From positions 86,473,286-86,537,285 of the forward strand of contig NC_057719.1 of the NCBI RefSeq assembly GCF_004010195.1: a stretch of 64,000 nucleotides of DNA, in the 5' to 3' direction. The first letter of the stretch is position 1; every line of letters starts with the position of its first letter. Made by a program: the position numbers and the translations under genes. This document shows, one piece after another, positions 26,278-38,957 of this stretch. The notes below the pieces were generated by a model. It was not told the origin of the DNA. It was given only the letters and a program-made list of their open reading frames with translations, and did no database searches. This DNA is from Chiloscyllium plagiosum (taxonomy: Eukaryota).

Positions 26278-26369
26278 ATCCAGGAGCAGAGAATTTATCA
26301 CCAGGAGGTGAAATGCATCATAACAGAGGAAAAAGTCTGTCGGGTCTGCAAGAAGAAAATTGGAAACAG
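26278..26369 (+). CDS. VPS39: VPS39 penultimate coding exon (IQEQRIYHQEVKCIITEEKVCRVCKKKIGN), first CxxC of the C-terminal zinc-finger-like region
   Basis: taatag acceptor after polypyrimidine tract, gttcag donor; 92 nt, phase 0 to 2. Confidence 0.94.
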
Positions 26370-26632
26370 GTTCAGTCACTAAATGTTTCTCCCTGTAGCA
26401 AATGGTTACCTGTGGAAATCTGACCTCCATTCACTCCTTGGCAAAATTGGTGTTTGGAGTCCCCAAGTCTTTACCAAAAATACTAAACGTATTATGTTCA
26501 TTTGACCTGTGACTAATAGCCAGCAATTATAATTATGTTTCCAAATGTAATTTATGCCCTTAAAGAGCCATTTTAACTATATAACAATAGGTTCCATTAG
26601 GAGAAGTAACAACAAGGGATAATGAATTAATA

Positions 26633-26894
26633 GGAGAATCGACGTTTCGGGCATAAGCCCTTCTTACAAAACGGAGAATAGTGTTACAGCTATAGAGTGC
26701 AGAGAAAGATCAACTCTGATATGTAAGAGGACCATTCATAATTCTGATAATAGCAGGGAAGAAGTTGTTCCTGAAGAAGGGCTTATGCCCGAAACGTCGA
26801 TTCTCCTGCTCCTTGGATGCTGCCTGACCTGCTGCGCTTTTCCAGCAACACATTTTCAGCTCTGATCTCCAGCATCTGCAGCCCTCACTTTCTC
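26633..26894 (+). mobile_element. Short fold-back Penelope-derived element with captured insert
   Basis: 14-bp TSD ataatgaattaata (26619, 26895); arm 26633-26665 is inverted relative to the sequence from 26774; 105-bp insert 26666-26770. Confidence 0.9.
26768..26802 (+). ncRNA. Candidate minimal hammerhead ribozyme motif
   Basis: ttc-CTGAAGA-A-GGGC(TTAT)GCCC-GAAAC-GTC/gat: intact CUGANGA and GAAA boxes, stem II, palindromic ACGU helix III, GUC site; activity untested. Confidence 0.7.
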
Positions 26895-27400
26895 ATAATG
26901 AATTAATAACATTGCACAAGAAAATTAATGAACAGGGTTTTAAGCTCAAATGTACTGTTTCATATGCTCCTTCATATATTCCCACGTTGATGAAATCATG
27001 ATGCTTATCCAGTCATCTGGGTGTATTAATTACTTCCAGGACTTTCGAACAGTGAAAATATTCCCTTCCTCAAAAAAGCTTCAGACTCCTATAAATAGGA
27101 TATTCACAGTGTGGAAACAGGCCAGGGTTGGCATAAAAACTGCTGTTTTCTGCCTTTCACTTGCTTTTTGCAACACTTGGTGCTAAACTGTCAAATGGAT
27201 CTTGGTTCTTGAGTTTATTAATTTACAAATGGCTTGCTGTTTCCTGGTGTGAATTTTGCTACATCACTGTTCTCAGTATGCATAGAAATCCTGGTATTCA
27301 TACTGTGTTGGATTGTTTCACAACAAAGATGCACTATTACAAACTAATCCAAGCAAGGTGGATCTCTAGCAGAACATTTTCTTTGCTTTATTAATTTTAT

Positions 27401-27665
27401 GATCGAGAGTGCAGTGCTGGGAAAAACACAGCAGGTCAGGTAGCATCTGAGAAGCAGGAGAATCGACATTTTGGGCATAGGCCGTTCATCAGGAATAAGC
27501 CCTGATGACATTTCGGGCATAAGCCTATTCAGGGCTTATTCCTGATGAAGGGCTTATACCCAAAATGTCGATTCTCCTGCTCCTCAGATGCTGCCTGACC
27601 TGTTGTGCTTTTCTAGCACCACAATCTCGACTCTGATCTCCAACATCTGCAGTCATCACTTTCTC
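27401..27665. mobile_element. Fold-back Penelope-derived short element, same family as 26633
   Basis: 15-bp TSD ctttattaattttat (27386, 27666); long inverted arms; CTGATGA cores on both strands. Confidence 0.9.
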
Positions 27666-27689
27666 CTTTATTAATTTTATTGTGTGTGT

Positions 27690-29460
27690 CATAGAGGAAG
27701 AGTTGAATATCTTTTGTATTGTTTTGATTTATTGTTGTCATGGACTGAAATATAGTGAAAAGTATTGTTTTGTGTGTTAACCAGACAAGTAATACCTCAC
27801 GTGAGTATATCAAGGTAATAGAACAAAATGGAGAATAGTGTTACGGCTACAGAGTGCAGAGAAAGATCAACTCTGATATATAAGAGGACCATTCATAATT
27901 CTGATAATAGCAGGGAAGAAGTTGTTCTTTAATCTTTGATACGTGTTTTTAAACTTGTGAAAATTCTGCCCAATGAAATTGTGGAAGAGAATATAACTGG
28001 CATGGGAGGGATCTTTAATTATTTTAACTGCTTTCCAGTGGCAGTTGGAAGTGTAGATGGAGTCAGTGGAAGAAAGGCTGATTTGTATGGTGGACTGGGC
28101 TACATTCACAATTCTCTAATTTCTTCTGGTCATAGAGCAGTTGCCCTACCGAGCTGTGATGCATCTGGATTGAATGCTTTCTGTGGTCCATCTATTAAAA
28201 ATAGTAAGTGACATTGTGGGCATGCTGAATTTTGTTGGCCTTCTGAGGAAGTAGAGGGATTGGTGTGCTTTCTTGATTGCAGTTCAACGTGGATGGACCG
28301 GGAAAGATTGGTGATATTTACTCCCAGGAACTTAAAGCTCTCTATCACCTCTGCCTCAGTATCACTGATACAGACAGGAACATGTCTTCCACTCCATTTC
28401 TTGAAGTCGATGACCAGTTTCTTCATTTGTTGATGTTGAGGAAGAGATTGTTGACCTCATAGTATGCCAGTAAACTTTCTATCTCTTTCCTACGCTGTCT
28501 TATTATTGTTTGAGATTCGATCCAATGGGGTGTCATCAGCAAATTTGTAAGTGGAGTTATGGCTGAATTTGGCCATAAGTCGTGAGTGTAGAAGTATAGT
28601 AAGGGGCTGATTGCGCAGCCTTGTGAGACACTGGTGTTGAGGATCGTCGTGGAGGAAGTGTTGTTCCCTATCCTTACTGGTTGCAGTCTGTGGGTCAGGA
28701 AGCAGAGGACCCAGTTGTAGAGGATAGAGCGGAGTCCTAGGTCTTGAACTTTGATGATTTTGGTTGGAATTGTGGTGTTGAAGGTGGAGCTAAAATCAAT
28801 AAATAGGTGTCTTTGTTATCCAGATGTCCCGGGGATGAGCATGGGCCTGAGCATTGGCATTTGCAGTAGACCCTATTGTGACAATGGGTGACTTGTAGTA
28901 AATCAAGGAAATCTGGGAGTTGATGTGTTCCATTACTAACCTCTCAAACCACTTCATAATAATGGATGTCAGAGCCACCAGGCAGTAGTCATGAAGGCTT
29001 GTTGCCTGATTTTTCTTTGGCACCAGGATGAAAGTAATTGTCTTCAAGCAGATGGGGACCTCTCATTGGAATAAGAGAGGTCAAAGATTCTGTGAAATAT
29101 TCCTACCAATTAGTCTGTATAGGGTCTGAGTACAAGGCTGGGACTCCATCTGCGCCAGTCACTTTTGTTGGGTTCACTCTTTCAGGAAGGTTGATCTGAT
29201 CTCTGAGGTGGCAACGAGGTACAGGTGCACCCGAGGCTATCTGAACAGGTGACATCACTTCATTGACCCTCTGTTTATAACAAACAGAGAGTATTGGACT
29301 CATCGGGAAGGAATGCATTGTCATTCTGCCCAATTTTGTTTTGTAGCACATTATATTGTCGAAGACTTGCCATAGTTGACACATATTCATAGGTTAGTCT
29401 GGGACTCTAGTCTGGTATTGTCTGTTCGTGACCCTGATAGCTTTGCAAAGATGATTGTAA
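27690..29460 (-). mobile_element. Rex1/Babar-type LINE, decayed
   Basis: ILVPKKNQATSLHDYCLVALTSIIMKWFERLV and KLVIDFKK..VIESFKFLGVNIT motifs on minus strand. Confidence 0.85.
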
Positions 29461-29779
29461 AGCTGGAGTCATAGCACTAGATGTATTGAGATGATAATTT
29501 CACCTTCAAAATTTAGGCCTATTGCATGTGACATGTTGGAAACAGCTGAGCCTTTAGCTATCTATAACTTTTTTTAGATTTAAATGAATTTGAAGCTAAC
29601 AAACTGATTCTCAAGCTCAAACTGTCTATTTCACGTTGAGATTAATATTGTAGATACAATAGATGTATATTTTTGCCTTCCCTCATGGCAAGTTTGCTGA
29701 CTGTTATTTATTAGCAAAAGAATAGCAGGTGGAAGCCCCACCATCTTCCTACATCTATCCTGATTAAGACTGCAGCTAA

Positions 29780-30305
29780 CCAGAGCTACAGATCAGAGGA
29801 TAAGGTAGCTGTGAAGGCAGATACAGCGTGCAGAGTCTGAGAGGAAGATAGACAATTGATAGGGTAAAGTTGCAGTCAGTGTGATAGGTTGAAGTGTGTG
29901 TATTTTAATGCAAGAACTGTCAGAAAGAAGGGTGATGAACTTAGCGCATGGATCAGTACGTGGAGCTACAATGTTGTGGCCATTGCAGAGACTTGGATAT
30001 CACAGCGGCAGGAATGGTTGTTGGATGATCCAGGGTTTAGATGTCACAAAAGGAATAGCAGAGGAGGTAAAAGAGGTGGGAGAGTGGCATTGCCAATCAG
30101 GGACAGTATAACAGCTGCAGAAGGGGAGGTAGCGCAGGAGGGTTTGTCTACTGAGTCAACTGAGAAGTCAGAAACCAGAAAGGAGCAGTCACTATTGGGA
30201 ATTTTCTGTCGTCTTAGCGGGTAGGATTAAGGAAAATCCTAAGGTGTTCTACACTTAGGTGAGGCCGAAAGGCCTGTACTTTACTGTATAGTTCTATAAT
30301 CTATG
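29780..30305 (+). mobile_element. CR1 endonuclease fragment joined to a 3' tail
   Basis: KCVYFNART..VVAIAETW..RGGRVAL (APE N-terminus); ggccgaaaggcctgtac..ttctat tail. Confidence 0.8.
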
Positions 30306-30883
30306 TTGGCAAATGCCAAACTGACTACCAATTGAGAACCTCAAATAGGTATTTAATGCTCACGTAAGGACCTTATCCCATTGCAGCTAGTATAACCTAA
30401 GGTGGAGAGGGAGAATTTCCATTCCAGGTGCATGATGAGCAAACAAGTGCAGGCTTGCTTGCAGACTTCCAGCAGAGGTGGGAGTGGTGGGTCATGTACA
30501 GTCCTTTGACTAGAGGCAATCAGTGGTTGAGAGATTCAGCATAAGGTGGGGATGGTGCTAAGAACTAAATACTTAGTTCTCACTGTTGATCTCCTCCCAT
30601 AGTCAGCTCCTCCCCTCCTGCTAACACCTGATCTTTTGACTTTGAGATGATGAATGAAAGAGGCCAGAGGGACTTGAGAAACACTGAGATGTAATGGTCA
30701 GAGATGCAGACGTTGCAAGGGGGAGAGAGATGTCTTCCAACCTGTTAACAAACGAGCACTCAGGACAACACTTATTTTAGGGTGATGGCTTTCTGTGTGT
30801 CAAAGTTTATGTCAGTTACTTTTGAACAAAATGTCTGCTAGCTTTTATGCCTGATGTCTTGTGCTAATTTAAATATGGTGATA

Positions 30884-31136
30884 CAGAGGAACCTCGAATA
30901 CCGATTACCCGAATACCAATTATCCAAAAATCAAATAATCCAAAGATCTTGAGGTCGCGATAGAAGCATTACATCAAAGACGTGTGTCCAACACTGATCG
31001 TGCATTTTGTTTACAGTGATTAAAAGTGCTGCCGAGAACAGTGCTGGACTGATGGGCATGCAGGCACTGTCTCTAAATGACTGACCTCCCGCCCCCATCC
31101 CCTCTCTCTCTATTTCTATTTCTATTTCTATTTCTC
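30884..31136 (+). mobile_element. pogo/Tigger-like DNA transposon or MITE left end, running into gap
   Basis: TA followed by cagaggaacctcgaata with repeated attatcc/attaccc-gaa subterminal motifs; partner TIR not seen. Confidence 0.6.
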
Positions 31137-31636
31137 NNNNNNNNNNNNNNNNNNNNNNNNNNNNNNNNNNNNNNNNNNNNNNNNNNNNNNNNNNNNNNNN
31201 NNNNNNNNNNNNNNNNNNNNNNNNNNNNNNNNNNNNNNNNNNNNNNNNNNNNNNNNNNNNNNNNNNNNNNNNNNNNNNNNNNNNNNNNNNNNNNNNNNNN
31301 NNNNNNNNNNNNNNNNNNNNNNNNNNNNNNNNNNNNNNNNNNNNNNNNNNNNNNNNNNNNNNNNNNNNNNNNNNNNNNNNNNNNNNNNNNNNNNNNNNNN
31401 NNNNNNNNNNNNNNNNNNNNNNNNNNNNNNNNNNNNNNNNNNNNNNNNNNNNNNNNNNNNNNNNNNNNNNNNNNNNNNNNNNNNNNNNNNNNNNNNNNNN
31501 NNNNNNNNNNNNNNNNNNNNNNNNNNNNNNNNNNNNNNNNNNNNNNNNNNNNNNNNNNNNNNNNNNNNNNNNNNNNNNNNNNNNNNNNNNNNNNNNNNNN
31601 NNNNNNNNNNNNNNNNNNNNNNNNNNNNNNNNNNNN
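31137..31636. other. Assembly gap (N run)
   Basis: 500 N, a round number suggesting a placeholder size. Confidence 0.99.
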
Positions 31637-32563
31637 GGGTTGCGGCATGTCCTCGTTCCATTGTCTTTCTCTTAGGCATCTGTAGATGAAATTACGCGGG
31701 TATCCATTTTTGGCGAATACTTTGTACAGGTGTTCCTCTTCCTCTTTTTGCAGTTCTGGTGTACTGCAGTGTGTTGTGGCTCTTTTGAATAGTGTCTTGA
31801 TGCAACTTCATTTGTGTGTGTTGGGGTGGTTGCTTTCATAGTTCAGGACTTGGTCTGAGTGTGTGGCTTTCCTGTATACCTTTGTAGTGAATTCTCCATT
31901 CGTTGTTCTCTGTACCATCACGTCTCGGAATGGGAGTTGGTTATCCTTTTCTTCTCTCGTGAATCGGATTTCTGTTAGTGTGGCGTTGATGATCCGGTGT
32001 GTTTTCTCTATTTCTGTGTTTTTAACGATTACAAATGCCTAAGCGCCACATACGAACAACTCCGGTTCCTGCATGAATGCCGAAAGAATCGAATCCTTCG
32101 AATCCTTCCACCATGTGTCAGATACAGACCGCCAGTCAACAATCCACAAGCCAGAGACACAGCCAGACATAACGGATTCAGGATGATCCAGGTAATGATT
32201 ACAGACGCGCACAACAGACTTCACAAATAAAGAAAGAAATTGCGCGCCAAAAGTCGTTAATTTCAAAAACCACCAATCAGGAATGGACCCAGACCATAGA
32301 ACGGGCTGTCACCATAGGACAGAACAGGACCACACACCACAAAAAAAAAGCACTAAAAGAAAAAATGGCCAAACTAACACACAACAAAGAGGACACCACA
32401 ACACACACCTGGGTTAATAACCTCCCACAGACACGGAAAGAACAATACTGGCCAAGGGACTCAACTACAACCACAGGGACGCCAAGACAGCAGACTTCCT
32501 AGCAGCACTAGAATGCACACTCAGGAACAATGGACTGACAGAAGAGACACAACAAACAGTGAG

Positions 32564-33521
32564 NNNNNNNNNNNNNNNNNNNNNNNNNNNNNNNNNNNNN
32601 NNNNNNNNNNNNNNNNNNNNNNNNNNNNNNNNNNNNNNNNNNNNNNNNNNNNNNNNNNNNNNNNNNNNNNNNNNNNNNNNNNNNNNNNNNNNNNNNNNNN
32701 NNNNNNNNNNNNNNNNNNNNNNNNNNNNNNNNNNNNNNNNNNNNNNNNNNNNNNNNNNNNNNNNNNNNNNNNNNNNNNNNNNNNNNNNNNNNNNNNNNNN
32801 NNNNNNNNNNNNNNNNNNNNNNNNNNNNNNNNNNNNNNNNNNNNNNNNNNNNNNNNNNNNNNNNNNNNNNNNNNNNNNNNNNNNNNNNNNNNNNNNNNNN
32901 NNNNNNNNNNNNNNNNNNNNNNNNNNNNNNNNNNNNNNNNNNNNNNNNNNNNNNNNNNNNNNNNNNNNNNNNNNNNNNNNNNNNNNNNNNNNNNNNNNNN
33001 NNNNNNNNNNNNNNNNNNNNNNNNNNNNNNNNNNNNNNNNNNNNNNNNNNNNNNNNNNNNNNNNNNNNNNNNNNNNNNNNNNNNNNNNNNNNNNNNNNNN
33101 NNNNNNNNNNNNNNNNNNNNNNNNNNNNNNNNNNNNNNNNNNNNNNNNNNNNNNNNNNNNNNNNNNNNNNNNNNNNNNNNNNNNNNNNNNNNNNNNNNNN
33201 NNNNNNNNNNNNNNNNNNNNNNNNNNNNNNNNNNNNNNNNNNNNNNNNNNNNNNNNNNNNNNNNNNNNNNNNNNNNNNNNNNNNNNNNNNNNNNNNNNNN
33301 NNNNNNNNNNNNNNNNNNNNNNNNNNNNNNNNNNNNNNNNNNNNNNNNNNNNNNNNNNNNNNNNNNNNNNNNNNNNNNNNNNNNNNNNNNNNNNNNNNNN
33401 NNNNNNNNNNNNNNNNNNNNNNNNNNNNNNNNNNNNNNNNNNNNNNNNNNNNNNNNNNNNNNNNNNNNNNNNNNNNNNNNNNNNNNNNNNNNNNNNNNNN
33501 NNNNNNNNNNNNNNNNNNNNN
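32564..33521. other. Assembly gap (N run)
   Basis: N run inside the Penelope element. Confidence 0.99.
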
Positions 33522-33998
33522 GTGCTTCTGTGGTGTTTCCTCCGGCATTTATAGTGGCATGTCCCTGCCCCTTCCGGTTTTCAGTTTCAGCTGTCCGCTG
33601 TAGTGGACTTTATATTGGGTCCAGGTCGATGTGTTTGTTGGTGGTGTTTGTGGATGAGTGCCATGCTTCTAGGAATTCTCTGGCTGTTCTTTGTTTGGCT
33701 TGCCCTATAATGGTAGTGTTGTCCCAGTCGAATTCATGTTGCTTGTCGTCTGCGTGTGTGGCTACTAGGGATAGCTGGGACAACACTACCATTATAGGGC
33801 AAGCCAAACAAAGAACAGCCAGGGAATTCCTAGAAGCATGGCACTCATCCACAAACTCCATCAACAAACACATAGACCTGGACCCAATATACCGGCCACT
33901 ACAGCAGACAGCTGAAACTGACAACCGGAAGCAGCAGGGACAGGCCACTACAAATGCCGGAGGAAACACCATAGAAGCACTTCACAGGAGACTCCCAA

Positions 33999-34038
33999 GC
34001 ACTGAGGATGTCACCTAGACAGGGAACGAAACGTTTGC
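33999..34038 (+). ncRNA. Candidate minimal hammerhead motif in Penelope terminal repeat
   Basis: gca-CTGAGGA-tgtcacctagacagggaac-GAAAC-GTT/tgc; helix I GCA/UGC; imperfect stem II. Confidence 0.55.
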
Positions 34039-34199
34039 AACAAAATTTCCAGCTTGGCGAACAGAACCACAACATTATTCACTATAAAATGCAAGTGACC
34101 AATTATTCAATCATTCAAATTCAAATTAAATATGCAATGATTATTGACAGAAAAGCATTTAGACTGTGCAAAAAAAAAACATGTTAAGTTTGGAGAGTC

Positions 34200-34522
34200 A
34201 AATCATAAAATCCCTACAGTACAGAAACCGGCCATTTGGCGCAATAAGTCCATACTAGACCCATTCCTCTACACTATTATTCTATGTTTCCCCTGACTAA
34301 TGCACCTAACCAAAAAAAATCCCTGATCAGTATGGGCAATTTAGCTTTGTCAATTCACCTGACCTGCACATCTTTGAACTGTGGGAGGAACCCGGAGGAA
34401 ACCCACACAGACACAGGGAGAGTGTGCAAACCCCACACAGACAGCCACTCGAGGCTGGAATTGAACGTGTGTCCTTGGCACTGTGAGGCAGCAGTGCCAA
34501 CCATTGAGCCATCGTGCCATCC
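34200..34522 (-). mobile_element. HE1/V-SINE, older copy
   Basis: Reverse V-like domain and tRNA head. Confidence 0.85.
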
Positions 34523-36572
34523 TTGTACTTATAGTTGAAAATTTTGTGCAAAAATTGTATTTTTAATTTTACATTTTAGAAAAAGTCTGAACGCATCCAC
34601 TTCATGCCTGAAACTGGATCGATCGGATCATCTTGCATTTAGACAATTTCAGGCAAACCCTTAGTCATGCGTTTCCAGCCCATTTTAGTGCATTGGGTAG
34701 AAATTGTCACACTGGTGTTTTTTAAGAAACTTTCCTTTAAGAAATTGCCTCTTTTATAGATCAGGTGACTATTCCCTTATCCATCCATTTCCTCCACCTT
34801 CACAGTCTTTTGCCCTTCCATTTGAGCTGCAGGTTTGTGGTATTCAATAAGTTCATCTGTTAAAAAAAATTCCCTTCTTAAAAGTACTCCCTCAACTAAA
34901 AAAAAATCTGATGCTCAAGTGTTTAAGTTTCAGTTTGTAGTTTGATAGTAATGCTGGCTGGTTCTTGCCTGAGCAAAGGATTGTACCAGGATCCCTTTTT
35001 TTTTGCCTCCCTCCATGAATTCTGCCTGTTGTCAGATCTTCAAGTTAAAGTGAAAAGTCTTCTCCTTGTTATTGTTTAATTTCCGCACTTGGTGAATGAC
35101 CCCCAGTTGGGGACAAAAAATATGAAATTGTATTTAAAGTGTTAATTTAGCCTGGCTTCAGTCATTGTAGCATACCTACCATGAGGTCACCATCGGTTCC
35201 TGCCATTCTGTAACGTTTTTGATTTGAATGCTTTCTGTGCTTCAATTTCAGCAAGGTTTTTAAATAACCACCCAAAGAAAGGACGTGATCAGAGTTGTCA
35301 TATCCAGCATGTTAGGCAAGAGATGAAGGTAGGCAAAAGCCACTGTTGAAAATCAGTAGTAATGTTCGGAGTGCAGTGAACAGGCTGCAGAAGGATAATA
35401 TGCTGAGTCACAACGTCAGCAGAAGAAAGGCATAGAATGCATGCTAAAAGTGCTTATTTCCCAGTCCTGTTAATATGAGGCATTACATCTGCATGCTGCT
35501 CCAAAATCTGGGCATGTCTGTTGAACTGAGGTTAAGAAACATAAGGAAAAGTTTGTTAGGTTGTATTCTATCTCATCTCTAGTTTCCAGTCATTTTACCT
35601 AACTATTCCTCCCGTTTTGTCTATAAGTACTTTGTGTTCATTTCCAAAAGAGACAGATGAAGCAGACCATGTAAGTTTTAAGAGTGTTCGAAGTAGCGAG
35701 TAGTGAAGGATGAATAGGTTTAGTTTCTTTGAAAGTAGATAAATCACTAGGCTTGGATTAATAGCCCAAATCTTCCAAATGCAACATTCATCATTAAATT
35801 TCTACTCACCCCTTTTTCTTAACTCTCTTTCCATTCCCCGTATTTCCAAGCTCACTTTGCAATGCTGGGGATTTCGGAAATGCACAGTGTCTCTTTTCAT
35901 CAAACTGAATCCAAGTACTGTAGGTGAATCAGGGAAGCCAAGTCACATTCCTTTTTTTAAAAAGAAGAGAAGTAACTACTCTGGTAAATTCATCTATTTA
36001 CTAACGTGCTAGACAGCTATGGGGCATTTACACTCAATGTAAGTGGATAAGGGGTGGAAGGGTTAAGCTACAATATACAAGGGTAAGGAGCAATATGCAT
36101 AGGGTGACAGGGTGGGTCAGGGACAAGAGAGGATAAACGGGGTGGGTTGGGAGTGGAACAGAGGAAAAGTGTCAAGGAGGAGTGGGACAGAAAGGGACAA
36201 AGCATACAAATGAGGATCTTGTTTTATACTTAACCAGGATTGGATGTTTGGGAGGGATGTTTTGGGTCACTTCTGGAAGTTAAGGAGGACCCAAACAGTC
36301 AGTTGGGTCCAGAGGTCTGCAAGAAGGAGTTGGTTTTGGATGGTGGTTATGTGGTTAAAGTCAGAGAACATTTAATTCCACAAACTTCTGCCTAAATATT
36401 TGTAAGTCTGCCACGAGACTTACAAATGACTGCCACGAGATCTGATGTGTTTTTAAGGTTTTGCCTGTGGCCTCAGGGGCCTTAAAATCCAGGCCAGACC
36501 TATTCCAGGCTAAGAAAGGCAAGAAATGAAATAAAGCTGTGACCACAATGATTCAGTTCTTTCAGGTTATAT

Positions 36573-37840
36573 AGAACATTACAGCACAGTACAGGCCCTT
36601 TGGCCTGCGATGTTGCGCCACCCTGTCATACTAATCTGAAGCCCATCCCACCTACACTATTCCATGTACGTCCATTTGCCTGTCCAATGACGACTTAAAT
36701 GCACTTAAACTTGGCGAATCTACTACCATTGCAGGCAAAGCATTCCATACCCTTACTACTCTCTGAGTAAAGAAACTACCTCTGACATCTGTCTTATACC
36801 TCTATTAATAAAGGCCAAAACACTGTATGCCTTCTTAACAACCCTGTCAATCTGGGTGGCAACTTTCAGGGATCTGTGTACATGGACACCGAGATCTCTG
36901 TGCTCATCTGCACTCCCAAGAATCCTACCATTAGCCCAGTACTTTGCATTCCGATTACTCCGGCCAAAGTGTATCACTCACAGTTGTCCACATTAAACTC
37001 CATTTGCCACCTCTCAGCCCAGCTCTGCATCCTATCTATGTCTCTCTGCAACCTACTACATCCTTCATCACTATCCACAACTCCATCGACTTAAGTGTCG
37101 TCCGCAAATTTACTAACCCACACTTCTAAGCCCTCATCCAGGTCATTTATAAAAATGACAAACAGCAGTGGACCCAACACCGACCCTTGCAGTACGCCGC
37201 TAGTAACTGGACACCAAGATGAACATGATCTATCAACTACAACCCTCTGTTTTCTTTCAGCAAGCCAATTACTGATACAAACTGCTATATCTCCCACAAT
37301 CCCATTCCTCCGCATTTTGTATAATAGCCTATTGTGGGGAACCTAACCGAACACCTTGCTGAATCCATATACACCACATCAACCGGTTTACTCTCTATCC
37401 GTTTGGTCACTTTGTCAAAAAAGTCAATAAGATTCGTTAGGCACGACCGACCCTTTACAAAACCGTGCTGACTGTCCCTGATCAAATTATTCTTTTCTAG
37501 AAATCCTATCTCTTATAACCTTTTCCAACACTTTACCAACAACCGAAGCGCGACTCACTGGTCTGTAATTACCAGGGTTGTCTCTACTACCCTTTTTTGA
37601 ATAAGGGAACCGCATTTGCTATCCTCCAGTCCTCAGGCACTATTCCTGTAGACAATGATGATTTGAAGATCAATGCCAAAGGCTCGGCAATCTCTTCCCT
37701 TGCTTCCCAGAGGATCCTAGGATAGATCCCATCCGGCCCAGGGGACTTGTCTATTTTCACACTCTGCAGTATTTCTAATACCTCTTCCTTGTGAACCTCA
37801 ATCTCTTCTAGTCTAGATGCAAGTATCTCTGTATCTCTGT
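36573..37840 (-). mobile_element. CR1 LINE ORF2 fragment, internally deleted near 36805
   Basis: [33 protein letters not shown] motifs. Confidence 0.93.
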
Positions 37841-38349
37841 ATTCACTGCAGCTTCTGGAACAGTGATAGCATTACTGGGCTTGGAAAGAGCTGTTCCAGC
37901 AGAGCAGCCTTAAATCATGCTTGGATCTGGTGACTCAAATAATGCAGACTGTAGAGGGGCGTTAAACAAATTTGTTGGGAGGGAGAATTTAGGAGAGGGG
38001 ATATGTCATCTTACAAAGTAAAAGGATTTGGCAGTATTGCAGAGCAATTATTTGGATAACGGTAACCAGAGTGGGATAGGAAGGGACAGAGGATAGCAGT
38101 AAATAGAATAAAAAGGAGATAAGAGATAAAAAGGCAAACTTAACAAGCTTGTTACTTAAGTGCATGTGATATTCAAAAGAAAGTAATGAATTAATGGCAC
38201 AAAGTGGAAGCATTACAGAAACAGTTACATGAAAGTTAAAAGTGGGAATTAATTATTCAGGGTATGTGACTTTCATAAGGATAGGTAGAAAGGAAAGGGA
38301 GATGGGATAACTTTGTTGATACAAGATGGAATGTGTACTGTAGCAAAAA

Positions 38350-38555
38350 AAAACAAAAATACAAAATTGCTGGAAAAGCTGAGCAGATCTGGCAGCATGT
38401 GTGAAGAGAAATCAGAGTAAACGTTTCAGGTTCAGAAGATTTGAGGAAGGGTTACCAGACCCGATGTGTTAACGCTGACTTCACGGACCTGCTGATCTTT
38501 TTCAGTAATTTCAGATTTTGATTCTGATTTATACTGCATCTGCAGTTCTTCCACT
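38350..38555. mobile_element. Fold-back Penelope terminal-repeat fragment
   Basis: gctggaaaagctgagcag... and ...gacctgctgatctttttcag arms; tgtagcaa repeated on both flanks. Confidence 0.7.
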
Positions 38556-38589
38556 TTTTATGTAGCAAGAAATGACCTTGACTTATTTG

Positions 38590-38812
38590 GTTGTGGGTAT
38601 CCCGTGACCGTGATGGATCTGTTCACGAGGTTTCCAGAGGCTGTGCCATTGAAAAAGATGTGTGATTGAGGGGTTAGTCTAGTTTTTCTTTATTGTAAAT
38701 AGAAATTAAATCTGACCAAATGTCAAATTTCATTTCATGAGGTTATGTATAATGTAGGAATGAAGCAACTCAAGTCATCTGTTCACCAGCTGTGGTCACA
38801 AAGTGTTTTTTT
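38590..38812 (+). mobile_element. Gypsy-type integrase remnant
   Basis: TVMDLFTRFPEAVPLK, EIKSDQMSNF, GMKQLKSS motifs across frameshifts. Confidence 0.75.
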
Positions 38813-38957
38813 AAAATTCATTCAGAGGATGTGGGCATCGTTAGCTAGGCCAGCATTTGTTGCCCATTCCTAGTTAACCTTGAGAAGGTGTTGTTAAGCT
38901 GCCCTCTTGAACCACTGTAATCTATTTGATGTAGATAGACCCATGGTGCGATTAAGC

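Larger units (their letters stand above)
31637..34075. mobile_element. Second Penelope-like family, rearranged and gapped
   Basis: Minus 31637-31996 RT C-terminus (HTDQVLNYESNHP); plus 31997-32563 probable ORF N-terminus; GIY-YIG tail (HEFDWDNTTII..REFLEAWHS..INKHIDLDPIY) on both strands at 33522-33980. Confidence 0.88.

Noticed and set aside
31073..34018. Long ORFs of 183-501 aa in the ORF track
   Set aside because: Made mostly of X from N gaps; flanking residues are Penelope fragments
34689..34725. ttttag followed by (S)ALGRNCHTGVF-stop as VPS39 last exon
   Set aside because: Only the first two residues fit; lacks the YPNG and HxxC motifs
36050..36200. Purine-rich G-tract region (possible G-quadruplex)
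   Set aside because: Low-complexity sequence with no regular unit or other support
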